Made by a program: the position numbers and the translations under genes | Notes under the pieces: generated by a model | What the model was told of the DNA's origin: nothing | The model's input: only the letters and a program-made list of their open reading frames with translations | The model's database searches: none | Source: Anthoceros angustus | Taxonomy: Eukaryota; Plantae; Anthocerotophyta | DNA length: 64,000 nucleotides | NCBI GenBank assembly: GCA_010909165.1 | Contig: VJWM01000117.1 | Span: 558,001 to 622,000, forward strand | Direction of reading: 5' to 3' | Part shown: positions 13,035-25,396 of the stretch, piece after piece | Numbering within the stretch: position 1 is the stretch's first letter | Layout of the letters: every line of letters starts with the position of its first letter

Positions 13035-13931
13035 CATGAAATGCACGATACAAATTCTATTGCTTCAATCCATTTTGCAACTTTTAGCTTAGCTTTAGCC
13101 TTCCTTGGAATGCTTGGTAGTACTTTTCTCTTCTTAAAAGCATCTTGACTACTTCTTAGAGCCAATAATCTTTTGGTTGGAGCTTTTCTTGAAGCAATTG
13201 ATGTTGAAATATTATGCTTCAGAGCAACTTGAATCTTGTTGTCAAGTTCAGCTAATGTTGGTCATAACTTCCATGTATAATTTGTGATGGAAACCAATAT
13301 TTAAAACTTTAGTCTAAAAGTGTGGAGCACTTGAATCTTGCACTAATTTATCCCATTCATAGTTTATTTGTTCTATGATATTGCTTAATATGCTTTTATG
13401 AACCAGGCAACGGTCTTTACGTTTAGAGGAAGTAGATAGTTGCTCTTGTCTCTTTAGATTTTTAAATTTATCTCTAGAGATATCTAATATTTACTTGAGC
13501 ATGAATTAGAACAAGGTGCTTAGACACTTCAGCTACCTTGAAAACTTGTTCAGTTGCACAAGCATCTCATCAATATGATGCGATATTAAACCATGAATGC
13601 GACTGCTCGCGTATGTAGACATTTTGTCCAACATTTTAGCGTGCATAACTCCCTCGGTGTGAGTTGAGTTGAGTTGATAACAAGCGATATCCTAGCACGA
13701 TATCGCTTGTTAATTAATGATAAAGTGATCTGTTAACACACCAGTGTTTTAAAACATAAATAAACAAAGATGTGTTATCAAGGAAAAAGAAAAAAACCAC
13801 CAACAAATAAAACAAACCAAACCTACCTCGGGGCTAGCATCTCACTTTCTAGTGCTCAACTCTATAAATACTACCTACTTGCTATTTCTAGCATTCAAGG
13901 TTTCACCCTTATCTCCTCCTTACAATAAAGA
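13035..13931. repeat. Right arm of the ~0.9-kb inverted repeat
   Basis: Reverse complement of 11857-12808. Both arms carry the same Lys-rich degenerate frame (APRSSQ.AFKKRKVLP.I.R.AKAKLKVAK.IEA). Confidence 0.9.
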
Positions 13932-13934
13932 GCA

Positions 13935-16900
13935 TCATCTTCGAGGAGCTCAGGGACACTAGGGGTGTTATGGGGAGCCTTATCCCTTTTGTTTGTTCCT
14001 TCTACGGGAGGTCTTCCTAACTTTACTACCACTATAAGAACGCCTCTTCGGGATTTGCCATTTCTGTCCTAGTATCGGCCACAAGTACACAGCAAGGCGA
14101 TCCTCTGGGCGGTGCTCTCTTTGCTATCGCTCACCACAGGGCCCTATACAAGGCAGCTTCCTCTGCGTGTGACTGTGTGTTCTCGTCGCTGGCAGATGAT
14201 TCTCACATCCTTGGGCCTCGAGCCAAGGTCAAGGAGGGGTTCGAGCTCTTCTCCAACAAGCTTTCTTTGGTGGGCTTAAAGGTCAAGTTGTCCAAGTGCC
14301 ATGCCCGGTCCCCGTCGGGGATCCTCCCCACACTGCAATTCCCTGTGGGGGAAATTGCTATGGCTTCAGGTCTTCGGATTTCTGGGATCCCCTTCGACTC
14401 GCTTGACTTCATGGACTGTTTCTTTGACCAAACTCTCACGGAACACCTATCCTACGATAAGGATCTCCCTTAGCTTGGGGATGCTCAGGTGGCCTTCGGA
14501 ATTTTTTCCTCTTGTTTTGCTAGGCGCCCTAGATACCTCATCCGCACGTTGCCTCCGTCTCCGATCCTGCTGTCTCGGCTGCAAGGGTTTGACAGGAAGA
14601 TTATGGATACTCTAGGGGACATTATGGGCCCAGGGGCCTTCGAGTGCCCGGCAAGCGATTTAGCTCGCTGGCAAGCGTCCATGCCAATGCAATTTGGGGG
14701 CACCAGCCTACTTTCAAAGGAGCTTTCTTCCTCGGTGGCTGTTTTAGGCAGTTGGGCCCTCTCAGCCCCTGCTTTTGCCTCTCCCTTCATCCTTTAGGAT
14801 AGGCCCTTTTTGGAGGATCTCGTCTCCGTGGGAACTACCTTCTTTTTTGACCTTCATCGTTGACGGTTTCAAGGGGTTGCAGGCATCGCTGCTCGAGAAG
14901 TAGCTTGGCCAGGCTTTTTAGTTTGTCCTCCTGAACTCCTCCATCCCTAGGTCCACAAGAGCTCGGGCTTCGCTCTTGTTCTGGTAAGGGGGCAAGTGCT
15001 TGGCTCTTGGCTCGTCCATGCACACGGGATTTTATTATCGCACCAACCACCTTCATCACAGCGATGCGATTCCGTCTTGGCCTGCTCCAGCCTGTGGCGT
15101 CTTCTCTCCTCACCTGCGAGTGTGGCTCTGCCCTTGATGACTCTAGGGTACACCTTGCTCGTTGTCTCCACGGGGTTCACCGCATCGCCACCCATGACAC
15201 CATGTGCGATGTCATGTTTGCCATCGCTCGCGAAAGTGGTTACATGGCCTCGAGGGAGCGGGGTTACTCTCTTCGTACAGGTCGCTCAATCCGAGCCGAC
15301 CTGTACCTTGTCCACGGTGACCAGGTTCCGGTGGCGGATGTGGTCGTTACAGACCCAGCTCGTGACACCATCTCCGCTTAGGTCATCACCAACCACACTG
15401 GTTGGGCTGCTACTAGGGTTGCAGCTCTCAAGGTCAGGAAGTACAATGGGCTACAAGCGGGCCACCTCTTTATCCCGCTCCACTCGAAATGTACGGGGAA
15501 ATGGCCGAGCACTTCGATAAATTTCTAACACCATAATATTTGAAGCGGCTGAATATACGAACCCACTTCCGGAAATCAAAAACCCTCTTGCGCAAATCTT
15601 GACAGTAACTATATTGCATATTTAAGCATTTTTGATTATTTGGGGTAGGTGGTATTCCTTCGATTACAATTTCAATCCATTTGTAAGAGCACACTGCCTA
15701 GGTATGGTGGTTGGCGCCGGCTTACCAGTGCCCATACCGAACCCCTCCGACATGTTTACAATAGGGTGTCATGGACGGATCAAAAATCGGCCCTGAAGGC
15801 GTTACTCGTGAAAGGATTCAGAAGTCGGCATGCCGGCGCCCTTTGCACAACACAAAGTTCAACATAACAGTATGTAACCCTCGACCCACAGAAGTGCGCC
15901 CTAACCCGCACGCTCGTCAAAACAAGGTTGAGACCCTAAACTCTAACCCTAGGGTTAGGGTTATACTAATGAAGGCACCAATATGCTAGCACCCTATGCT
16001 CTTATGCTCCTTCCATAGGGCGCCGACATGCCGGCGTCCTTAGATAAGTTTTCTGTGAGCGCCGGTGTGCATGCATCCGCATTAACACTAGAGCTTGCAA
16101 CCACTTGTCGTGCACCCATGCACATTATGACTTACATACATTAGGCTATGTGTCGCTTGCTCGCGCAAGAGAATGAGAAAGAACACACCACCTTTGACAC
16201 TTCTAATGACGATGCAGCCTTGGTCGCTCACAAAGATGGTGTCCAACACACAAAATACGTGTTCAATTGCTATGACCTCCATCGAAAGATAGTCACGGCC
16301 TGCAGTGACCTCGAGAAGAAGGAACACTTGGCCGTGTCATGTCTCTCTTCACCGTTCCGATTCCAGTACAATTTGCAATCATGAATATTAGGGCATGGGT
16401 AATTTCAAACAGCATGCTTAGAAAACCGTTGAAATTTGAAAATAATTTCCATGATTTTGAGTCCAAGATTACGAATTATTAGAATAAGGGGATTTGAAAC
16501 CGAACCAATTATCTATCACTTTTAGGCCAAAATAAAGAAGCATGACTTGAACTAGTAACCTCAGATTTTAATCTCTCTCATTTCAATCCATATTCCCTAC
16601 ACACAAGGAAAAATTTACCTTTGGGATTTTGAACCCAAGACCTCTTCATTATAACCCTTTAGTCTAAAGCTTCACTAACTTTCCCATACATTCAATGCAA
16701 TACAAAGTATATTATCAATAAAGATGCCGGCATACCGGCGCCCTCATGCCGTCATCTTTCTTCTTCTTCTTCTTCATGCCCTTATGCTCCTCCATGCTCC
16801 TTGTTTTTTATAGCCAGTCCGGAGAAGCCGTCACGGTTCACGTGGTTTCTTAGCCACTAGCTTAGGTGTCTGTCCGACGTTGAGCAGTCCGGAGAAGCCA

Positions 16901-18127
16901 TTACGGTTCTGGTAGTTTCTCAGCAGAAGGAGGGTGTCTGTCCGACGTCTAGCATTCATTGCCAAAGACCATGAATCTTGGGCGCCGGCATGCCAGCGCC
17001 CAAGGCACGTAGCCATTGGGCATGACTTGGGCGCCGGCAATGCCGGCGCCCAAGTGTGTCACTTATGGTATATTTAGGGTCTTCATACCCTCGGCTGTTG
17101 TGCACAATGACGTCGACCGTATCTGGATGGAATGTATAGCACGACTATAGAAATAGCCATATGCATTCCCTTCGATGCTACTGCAGAGATGGTCGTCCAT
17201 GTTCATTTACTGTTGTTTAATGAATCGCATGGACTAACAACATGGGCATCATTTCCATCGAAAACAATGGTCGTCCTATAGGAGGAAACCTTTTGTCTAC
17301 CACTGTGGGCCGCTAAAAGATGTAAACTTCTCTACGACACCCTAATTGTGTGCCTTCTTCTGCAGGGTATGCTCAAATATGGCATTTCAATGCCCATAAA
17401 AAACCCCGTTCGGCGTATATTCACGTCAAAAGCCGCTTGATGTATATTCAGCCGCTTCAAATATTATGGTGTTTTCTCAAGTTCTGTGAAATCCTACCAC
17501 ACCCGTAGGCACGGCGCAGGCCTGTCCCTTTCCTACTTTGCAACTTCCTTCCAACAGCGCGTCTCCATCACCCTTCAGAGGGCCCTCTCGACAGCGATTC
17601 TCCACAAGGCGGCAATTGTAGGTAACGCTTCTTCCTCGTCCTTTGTGATTTGCAAGCCCTTTGTTCTTCCTGCTTATGACATTTTGGGACCAGTAGGTAA
17701 GGAGCTTATATGCCCCTTTTCACCTTGACCCTCGGGTCCTTTTTGGTTGTCCCCTGCTAAATGGGCTTCTTCCCATGGTTTTTATCCTAAATAAAATACA
17801 CTCATGCCTATGACATCACATTTACTCATTGTTTATGATGGACTCTCCCCATCATCTCTCCTCCCTCAATAAAACTTCATTTTTTATTTCTTATTATTTG
17901 GAACTAGACATCATTTTCTATGTTTTTCTTGTTTTCTCAGCTATGACTACTTTTATGAATGCGTTTTTTAAACACGGGACGGAAGGATGGGCTGTGAGAA
18001 CGGGCCTTCCACTTCGTAGGAGCATCGGTGGGTCATCTAGACTTTACTTTTTGCTGACACGATGACTCCTAGAGCTCATAAGTCTGATCACAACCATAGA
18101 AAAACCACTTCTTACAAGGGAGAGAAA
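13935..18127 (+). mobile_element. Degenerate, 5'-truncated REL-type non-LTR retrotransposon (RT, Zn knuckle, PD-(D/E)xK endonuclease), split by a TIR element at 15527-17473
   Basis: RT motifs TQQGDPLGGALF (~14090) and SLADDSH (~14185); CECG...D...HLARC and THD; RADL...ADVVVTDP; KVRKY; FIPL. The frame resumes after 17474 (KSYHTRRHGAGLSLS...QRVSITLQRALS). Multiple stops and frameshifts. Confidence 0.85.
15527..17473. mobile_element. Non-autonomous DNA transposon with perfect 32-bp TIRs and an apparent 4-bp TSD (TTCT)
   Basis: TIR AACACCATAATATTTGAAGCGGCTGAATATAC at 15527-15558, with its exact reverse complement at 17442-17473. TTCT sits at 15523-15526 and 17474-17477. The empty site AATTTCTCAAG is seen in the paralogous retroelement copy at ~11640. 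Confidence 0.9.
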
Positions 18128-19309
18128 CCTAACAAGAGTTCTCAGACTAACTACTAAAAAACTATCAAGACTTCTGTGTCCGAGTCGCCTTGGACCTTTG
18201 GAAGCTTGCAAGCTTGAAAGCCAGTAGGCCTAGACGACATCCTAGGAGGTTGGGAAGCTAGCAGGCCTTGATGACATGTTTACAATGCTTTACTTAACTT
18301 AAGAGAAAGTAAAGTCTCGCGTTTTGAGGACTCGCACGAGCGAGACCAACGTACCCCATTCGATTAATTGTTGATTTTCGATGATCTACATGTTGACTTA
18401 GTCCAAGTTTTACTCTTTCGTGATTCCCTTATCGCCATCCTTGTTCGTGTTACCCCTGTTATAAGAAATAGAGGAAGCAAGAGGCACAATTTTCTTACGA
18501 AAGTTATGAATCCACCGCTATGAACTAGTTAGAGCTCGCTCTTTAGCTTAAGCTGAGTAAAGCTCTTTAGATTTCCAGCATTGGCTAGGTTGGTCCTTGT
18601 AAAAAATCCAAACTTGAAATCAAAAATCAAAAAGTTGAGCCACAAAAGCAAATAAGAGAAATCAACAGCTCAAAAACAAAGATCGAAATCCTAAGTTGAA
18701 TATAAATAAAATCAGCTTACATATGTACAATATCATTTACAGTGCACAACATTAATTTTTTACAATGTACAATGCCATTTACAATGCACAACACCAGTTG
18801 TAAAATTTTCAAGTTACGAATGCACGTTACATTGAAAAAAGAAAAAAGATCTTAAACATGTAGTTCGACCATATTTAAACGTCCTATATATTTATACACA
18901 CATAGATACATAGAATTATCATCAAATATATTATTATATATCCACTTAATAATTACTAACCATGTTTAATTAAAATTAATTAAAAAAACTTGAGTAGTTG
19001 AGGGCCTATATGAAGCTCCTTGCAGTCCATCGATTTCCTTGGACTAGGTCACTACCGGATGCATGGCAAGACCGCGGCTTCCGGTCACCTCCCGGTACGC
19101 GTCTGGCACGTTGTGATGGGGATGTATGACGAGGCACCCACTTGGTGGAGGTCGCTGTTTATTAGCCCGGTTTGTTGCTTTCACATTGTTCCGCCCTCAG
19201 ACTCAGACCAGACGGCATGGCCTGTCTTGTCTTGTTCGGACCACGAGCCGCTCCATGGGTAGTCTTTTAAGACAAAAGCATGAAAAGGGAAAGCCGTTCA
19301 ACAGTCGCT

Positions 19310-19391
19310 GCCAGCTTAGGTTCGCGAGGCAGCCTTGGACAGCTATATTAGCCAGCTTAGGTTCGCGATGCAGCCTTGGACAGCTGCATTA
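19310..19391. repeat. 41-bp tandem duplication downstream of the IQD gene
   Basis: GCCAGCTTAGGTTCGCGA(G/T)GCAGCCTTGGACAGCT(AT/GC)ATTA x2. Confidence 0.8.
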
Positions 19392-19719
19392 GCCGTCGTT
19401 GACTGGCCTTGCACAGCCTGACTAAAGCCAACAACATAGAGTTAGCTCCCTTCAGGTCCCACATTCAAATGTGTGAGAGGAACAGGGATGACATACTGGA
19501 AATGAATCTCCAGATCGCGAAAGCAGATAAAAGATGATATAGAAGAAAATCCACACCGCCTGCAACTGAGGTGCTTTGGCAAGCCGTTTCTCCGATAAGT
19601 TGCCAAAGTTGGGTGTCGCATAATTTAGACTCGGGATGTTACAACCATATACAAGTGCAGAGAGGCGGCACTTGCATGCATGGGGGCAAGGTTCTGGAAC
19701 CCAGGGAAATGGATGTTGA

Positions 19720-21836
19720 TCAGCGGAAGGGCCTCCTTGCATCCCCATTGGGTGTGACAGAACCGGCTTCAGAAGTCTTGAGGGGCCGCTCCGTTTTCGC
19801 AGCTGAAGAGACCGTCTTCTTGGCTGAGTCAGGACTGCTGCTGGTCTTCGCAGGCGGAGCAGGGAGTGAGAGGCGCTTCTTCTTGGCCTGGGCCTCCTCG
19901 CCAGCAGGTCTCTGCTTGGGCTGGCTGGAGGACCTGGCCTTGGCTCTGGCTGATTTGGTGGCGGCCAGGTAACGGGGCTTCCCAGTTACCTCGTCTATCC
20001 GGGCGACGACCACATTGGCCTTCGGAGCTGCTGAAGTAGGCTGCTGCTGCTGCTGCTGCGGCTGCTGCTGAGGTTGCTGCTGTTGCTGAGTGCTGAGCAC
20101 TGGCCCTGAGGATCTGGGGGTGCCCCGGCTGGAAGATGTTGGGCTGCCCTCGGACTGCTGTTCGGAGCTGTAGACGGAGGAGATGCGGACGCTGGCAGTG
20201 GCGCCGGCACTCGACTTGTGCACGGAGGCGGTGAAGGCTGTGGGAGAGGTTCTCGAGCTGGGAATGCTAACCCGCCCAAGGCTCAGCCTGGACTTGACGC
20301 CTCCCTTCCCACTGAGACAGTCGTCGTAGCTGCTGTGGTCGTAGCTCTTGAGAGACAGAGTATCAGAGCCGTCCTTCAGGCTCTGGTCCAAAATGCGGTT
20401 CTCCCATGGCCTGGCTGCCATCCATCTCTCCAGCCAGCTCCAGCCCCAGTGCGGCTTGTCTGTCTCCGAGTTGTTGATATAAACCGGCACGTTTGCTCTG
20501 GAGTTGGCGCGCCACTGCAGCAGCATTTGAGTATCAGCAAGCAATTGCAAGCAAGCGGGCACATGGCGTTGCCGTCAAGGAACGGATTATGGACGACGAA
20601 TGGCTAAGCAAGATGAACGGGACGTCCTCGTACCTGATGGGAAAAGGCATATGCCATGGCTCTCTCCCGCTTGATCACACCCTCCTGCCTCTGCTGCAGC
20701 TTGGCTTGGATCTCCTGCACGCTGCCATGGCTTCCGCACCAGCCATCCTGCCTCCATCGCCTTCCTGGTCAGCATACTCGAAACAAGAGCAACAACAATA
20801 ACACCATCCTGCACCCTACATCCAGCCATGGACAGCTGACCCAGCGTCACCCTGTATTATTCAAAACGTGCGCACCTCAGACTCCCGCAACACCATCTCC
20901 TGGCTGCGGTGCAGCTCGAGCCTCCTCTGCACGGCCTGGCCCTCCTTGGACATCCTCACCCGCCGAGCACGCACACGAGCCTGCACTCTCACCAGCGCTT
21001 GCATACAACGCAGAGTGATGGCGGCCTGCCTCCGCACAGTGTGCCCCCGCACCAAGGCCTGCAGCCTAACCAGCCCCCTCAGCGCTCGCAACGCTCTCCT
21101 AGCCTGCACGTCCACAACGCCACACCATCACTTCCCGAGCTCAGCTCAGCTAAACTCTCAACTCCCATTCCATCTCCCAGCCAGCAACGTGAACGCACCA
21201 GAAATCCCCGAAACGCAGTTTGGATCCGCACAGCGGCCCACTCCTCCTTCACAGACTTCAACGACAAGGCAACCTGAGGCGCATTGCTCTCCAGCTCCAC
21301 AATCCCGCCTCCAACAGGCGACTCAAAACCGGCGCCATAATCCGGCACGCCGTCTACAGCCTTGCCAACTCCACCGTTCCCTTTCTCCCCCTCCACCTCC
21401 TTCCGCGCCTTGCTTCCCTTCTCATGGTCCTCATCGGAGGAGAACTTCCACAAGCCCCACCTCCTAGACTTCTCGTTCTCCTTCCTCCTCTGCCACACCA
21501 AACCACACCACACCTCACCACACCTCACAGCCATGCTGAGCCTCAGCCGCAACCCCCCCTCCCAGATCGACATCCTTCAAACCCCATACTCCACCGGAGC
21601 ACAAGAAAAACACTCCACGCTACTCTACACTCCATGATCCTCCAAACGCACCAAATTTCCCCTCCCGTCCTCCTCCACCAATGCCAATGCCAATGCCAAT
21701 GAACGCACCGCAACCTCACCTCATCCTTGGATTTCTTCCCGGCATTTTCCTCCTTGTCGGACGCAGGCGAGCCAGAGCCCTTGGCTGCCTTCTTCACGCC
21801 GATGATCCCCCGTAGCCACTTCCCCGATGCCCCCAT
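19720..21836 (-). CDS. IQD: IQ67-domain (IQD) calmodulin-binding protein; multi-exon, with a polyQ tract
   Basis: [14 protein letters not shown]-terminus; [16 protein letters not shown]|[48 protein letters not shown], with the characteristic phase-0 intron; [16 protein letters not shown]; Ser-rich C-terminus; stop at 19720. Confidence 0.95.
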
Positions 21837-23799
21837 GCTTCCGGCAGCTCAGTCCTCCGCCTCCTCCACCACAACCCGAGCTTGAACTTTCGGGGAAGAT
21901 TCCGGTGGAGCGTGGCGGATTCCGGAAGACATAGCCAGCTCCCGCCGAGCCCCCCGCAGCTCTCCCGCCAGACCCGCCGGCGGGTCGTGACACTGTAGCT
22001 GCGATGGCGACGGCACAGCAGCGGCGGGTCGTGAAGCCGGCCGAGCGAGGGGGACTGGATCCTTCAACCTCAAGCGCTCAGTCTGGAGCTCGGCTCATCG
22101 TCTCATCGTCTCATCGCGGCAGCAAGGAGAAGAGCGCGGCAGAAGAGAGAAGAAAAGGCGGGCTCCGGCGGGGCCCGTCGGGGCCGGTCGGGAACATGGC
22201 CCTTCCACCTGGTGCTGCCTGCTCTTACGTGGATGCCACCTGGCACCCGCCTTGGCTCGCGTGGCAGCGAGGGCGCCAAACGCCAGCCCAAATCAAGGGC
22301 CGTGCAATTTGAATCTGGCCTAAATTATAAGTTCAAACTTCGGCCGCAGACGCGCCAGCCTTGGCGACCATTTGTGCCTCTCCAGCCGAACCTCCTCTCA
22401 AGTTTGAACCATCAACGACTGTCCTAAAGTTGTTGGATCCTTACTCCGCGCTTCTGGACCTCCCCTTCGCTACCTATTACAAAATCTGACGTTGTAGGTT
22501 CTAAACTTCAATGTTTCCTTTCAAAAATTCAAGTGTTGCTCTCTCTCCTCTGAACTCATGGACGAATTAAGCTGATATCCTCATATCATTTAAAATTGTT
22601 CCATTTGTGAGCTTGCACGGTCACTCCCTAATAATTTTAGGTTGTTTGTCCTGAATTGTTTGTGTAGTTATGTTTCACACTTGAGATGCTTGTAAGATAG
22701 CTATTATGTCCAAGTAAAGAATACACTTGAGGTAGTGATACCCTTCAACATCTACACTCCCGGCACACATTGTATACAACACACCACATGTCAGGAGCAC
22801 AGCAAGGCATGGGCTCTCACATTTGCAAGGTAGTTAGTTTCCTCAATGAGGACTCAAACAATCAGCTTGGTACTTGTTTCACGCTGCAGATACTTGAGAC
22901 TATGAAGCCTTCGACAAGGAATCACCTTTGAAGTTTATAGGCCACAACAACTCACGATGATGATCACCAAGAATCCTAAACTAGTCCTTAATAAGCTCTC
23001 TAGGCCAGACGCAAGCCTGTCCAAGGCTTTTACCCAATCCACACCCTCTATAAAAATATATTCCTTATCATTTTAATATCCCTTATTTAATGGTTAAAAA
23101 CAATAACATTAAGGTTTGTCTCTAACAGTTGACTTCTAAACCTTGATAGGAAGATGGCCTCATCTCAAATTTGTGTAAAAAAAAGGGCTAGGGACTTAGG
23201 TAGCAATGTGAATGGATGTGAGCTAACGCTATCTAAATTCAAGCATACACGAAGCACGCAATCAATCAATGATGAACAAAAAAAAATTATTAAAGATAGT
23301 AGGATATCAATGTAAGCATGTGGACAACAACTCATTGTTTTACGTAAGTTTTGAGTGTATCTAATTTTTAAAATATTATATACAAAAAAATATGCACAAC
23401 CATTTAAAGCTCATTGTTAACCCCAAAATGGCTATTTTTGTGTTGGTATCCTAGGCCTCTATGTCTTCTTCATTAAGTTTAAAGTTTTTAAGAAAGTAAT
23501 TTGTTTAGAGGATAGCGAGTTGGATCTTCATTTTTCGATGGACGACATCCATCCTAGTTGGTTGGGAGGGTTTCAGGGGTTGCTTCTCAAATTTCCTTTC
23601 ATCCTTTCATCTTGGAGTACTAAGCTGACTGGGGATCTGGCTGTGAAGCTTTTGAGCTGAAACTGGATTGAGCCCTTTATTTCCTCATAGGGAAGTTTTT
23701 TTTTTGTGATAAAGTGCTCTAGATGGGTGAGGCTTCGAAGCTGGGTTGGTGGTCGCATGTGTCAGCCAAAGAATTTGTTGGGTATGGTCACTTGTGTTC

Positions 23800-23910
23800 C
23801 AGGTTTGGCAGCAGATGGTGACTTGCGTCCTAGGTTTGGTAGCAAATGGTGACCTGGGTCTCAAGTTTGGCAGCAAAATGTGACCTGGGGCTAGGGTTGG
23901 GTAGCAATGT
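23800..23910. repeat. Degenerate ~30-bp tandem repeat (~4 units), intergenic
   Basis: (A/G)GTTTGG(C/T)AGCA(G/A)ATGGTGAC(T/C)TG... repeated. Confidence 0.5.
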
Positions 23911-25396
23911 TCCACCGACAATCTTGACAACTCAAGATTGTCAACCGGTTGATTGAATATTGAATAATGGTCTCTTGCATAGAGGTCGCATAGAGAAACC
24001 TAGTTGCACCGTATTGTACATTGAATGCACATTTGCTTTGTTTTGCAAATGGATATCCCAACTACATGCAGCTAACAGTTCCTTCTTCTGAGCATGAAGG
24101 CTGCGAAAAGGCGTATCTGAAGTGGGGCTTGATGAGTATAGCACGAAAACCAGTGCTAACTGCCAACTGTGGTCACCAAAAGAAACGTAATGAAAGAAGT
24201 GGTGCATGGTTCAGCTTACGGCCTTCATGGATTTTGGTGCTAAAAAGCTCAAAGTGAAGGGTGTGGAGAGGCGCATACACATTGCTTTGCTCGAGATTCA
24301 ATGGTGCACAACCGATTTCACAAGGTGTGTTATTTTTTGCTGAGAAGAAAGAGCCCCCAAAGAAGGTAGTCATTTTTCATGAATACACATCACGTTAAAC
24401 AAGAAGAACTAGAAAATTGGGCACTGAATAGCTAATTGCAGCTAGTAGTAGTGAGATTGCTGCAACTAAAGCTAGGACTAGAGATCCTCTGAACATGGTC
24501 AGAATTAAGCCAACAAAAATGTTCCCAACAAAAGACCAGACAATCCTTGTACAGGAGCAAAGATTGAGGAGGGAAGCTAAGCCGAGGGCAATGGAGAGGT
24601 CAACATACCAGCAATAGACCCTGCTCGGTTAAAAGTAAGATTTATTGAGAACCTAGGACAGCTCCAAGGGGTCCTCAATTGGGGGCAAAAAGTCCTCATC
24701 AATCACATTTATGAAGTGCCAAACAAGGACTAGGTTGGTCATGAGACGACCCATACATGACTTTTATCAGCAGAAAGTAGGGAATATTGCAACAAGTGAC
24801 TTAGAATTTTCCTGGATGACAGATAAATTACTGTTATAAAATATACACTCAAAGTCTTGAAAGGAGCTCCGCAGCCAATCTGAGATTTTAATAACCAGAT
24901 AAAGCTGCGGGGGAATCATAAAGCAGCGTATGTACATACTTCTAACAGTACCTAAAGTGCCTTCTATGGTACGCCGTTAGGGACACTTTGGTACCCTGGA
25001 CTCTGCCCTTCTGAACATGATCCGTTTCTGGGCAAAACACTTGCGAGTGTCGTACAAGTGCCCGCATGCTGGTGGATCCCGTACAGGAATTTTCCACCCA
25101 CTTCAGCTCACCAGTTGCCACCACCGGCACGAGCTGTCTTGACGTCGATACGTTAACTTCACATGCAGTGGAATGCAAAGAAACACCCTTGCTAGTTTCG
25201 ACAACTGATACTGATTTCCAGCGACAGGTTGACAGCATCCGTCGTACTAGTTTCAACCGTCGGGAAGCTACCTCATCTCTCGTGAAAGCAGTAAAGTGTC
25301 TGTCGAGCGAACAAACCACTGCTAACGGATTACCATCGCCAGCGAGTCCTTCCTGAAGGCCGTAAATGCCAAAAGAAGGATCTCCTGCTTGCAATA

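Noticed and set aside
13678-13710. 13-bp-stem hairpin with CTAG in the loop as a Helitron 3' end
   Set aside because: Helitron ends have CTRR downstream of the hairpin, not in the loop, and the hairpin is absent from the other inverted-repeat arm.
15930-15962. Telomere-like CCCTAA/TTAGGG units as an interstitial telomere or fusion site
   Set aside because: Only about four degenerate units, inside a TIR element; too short to support.
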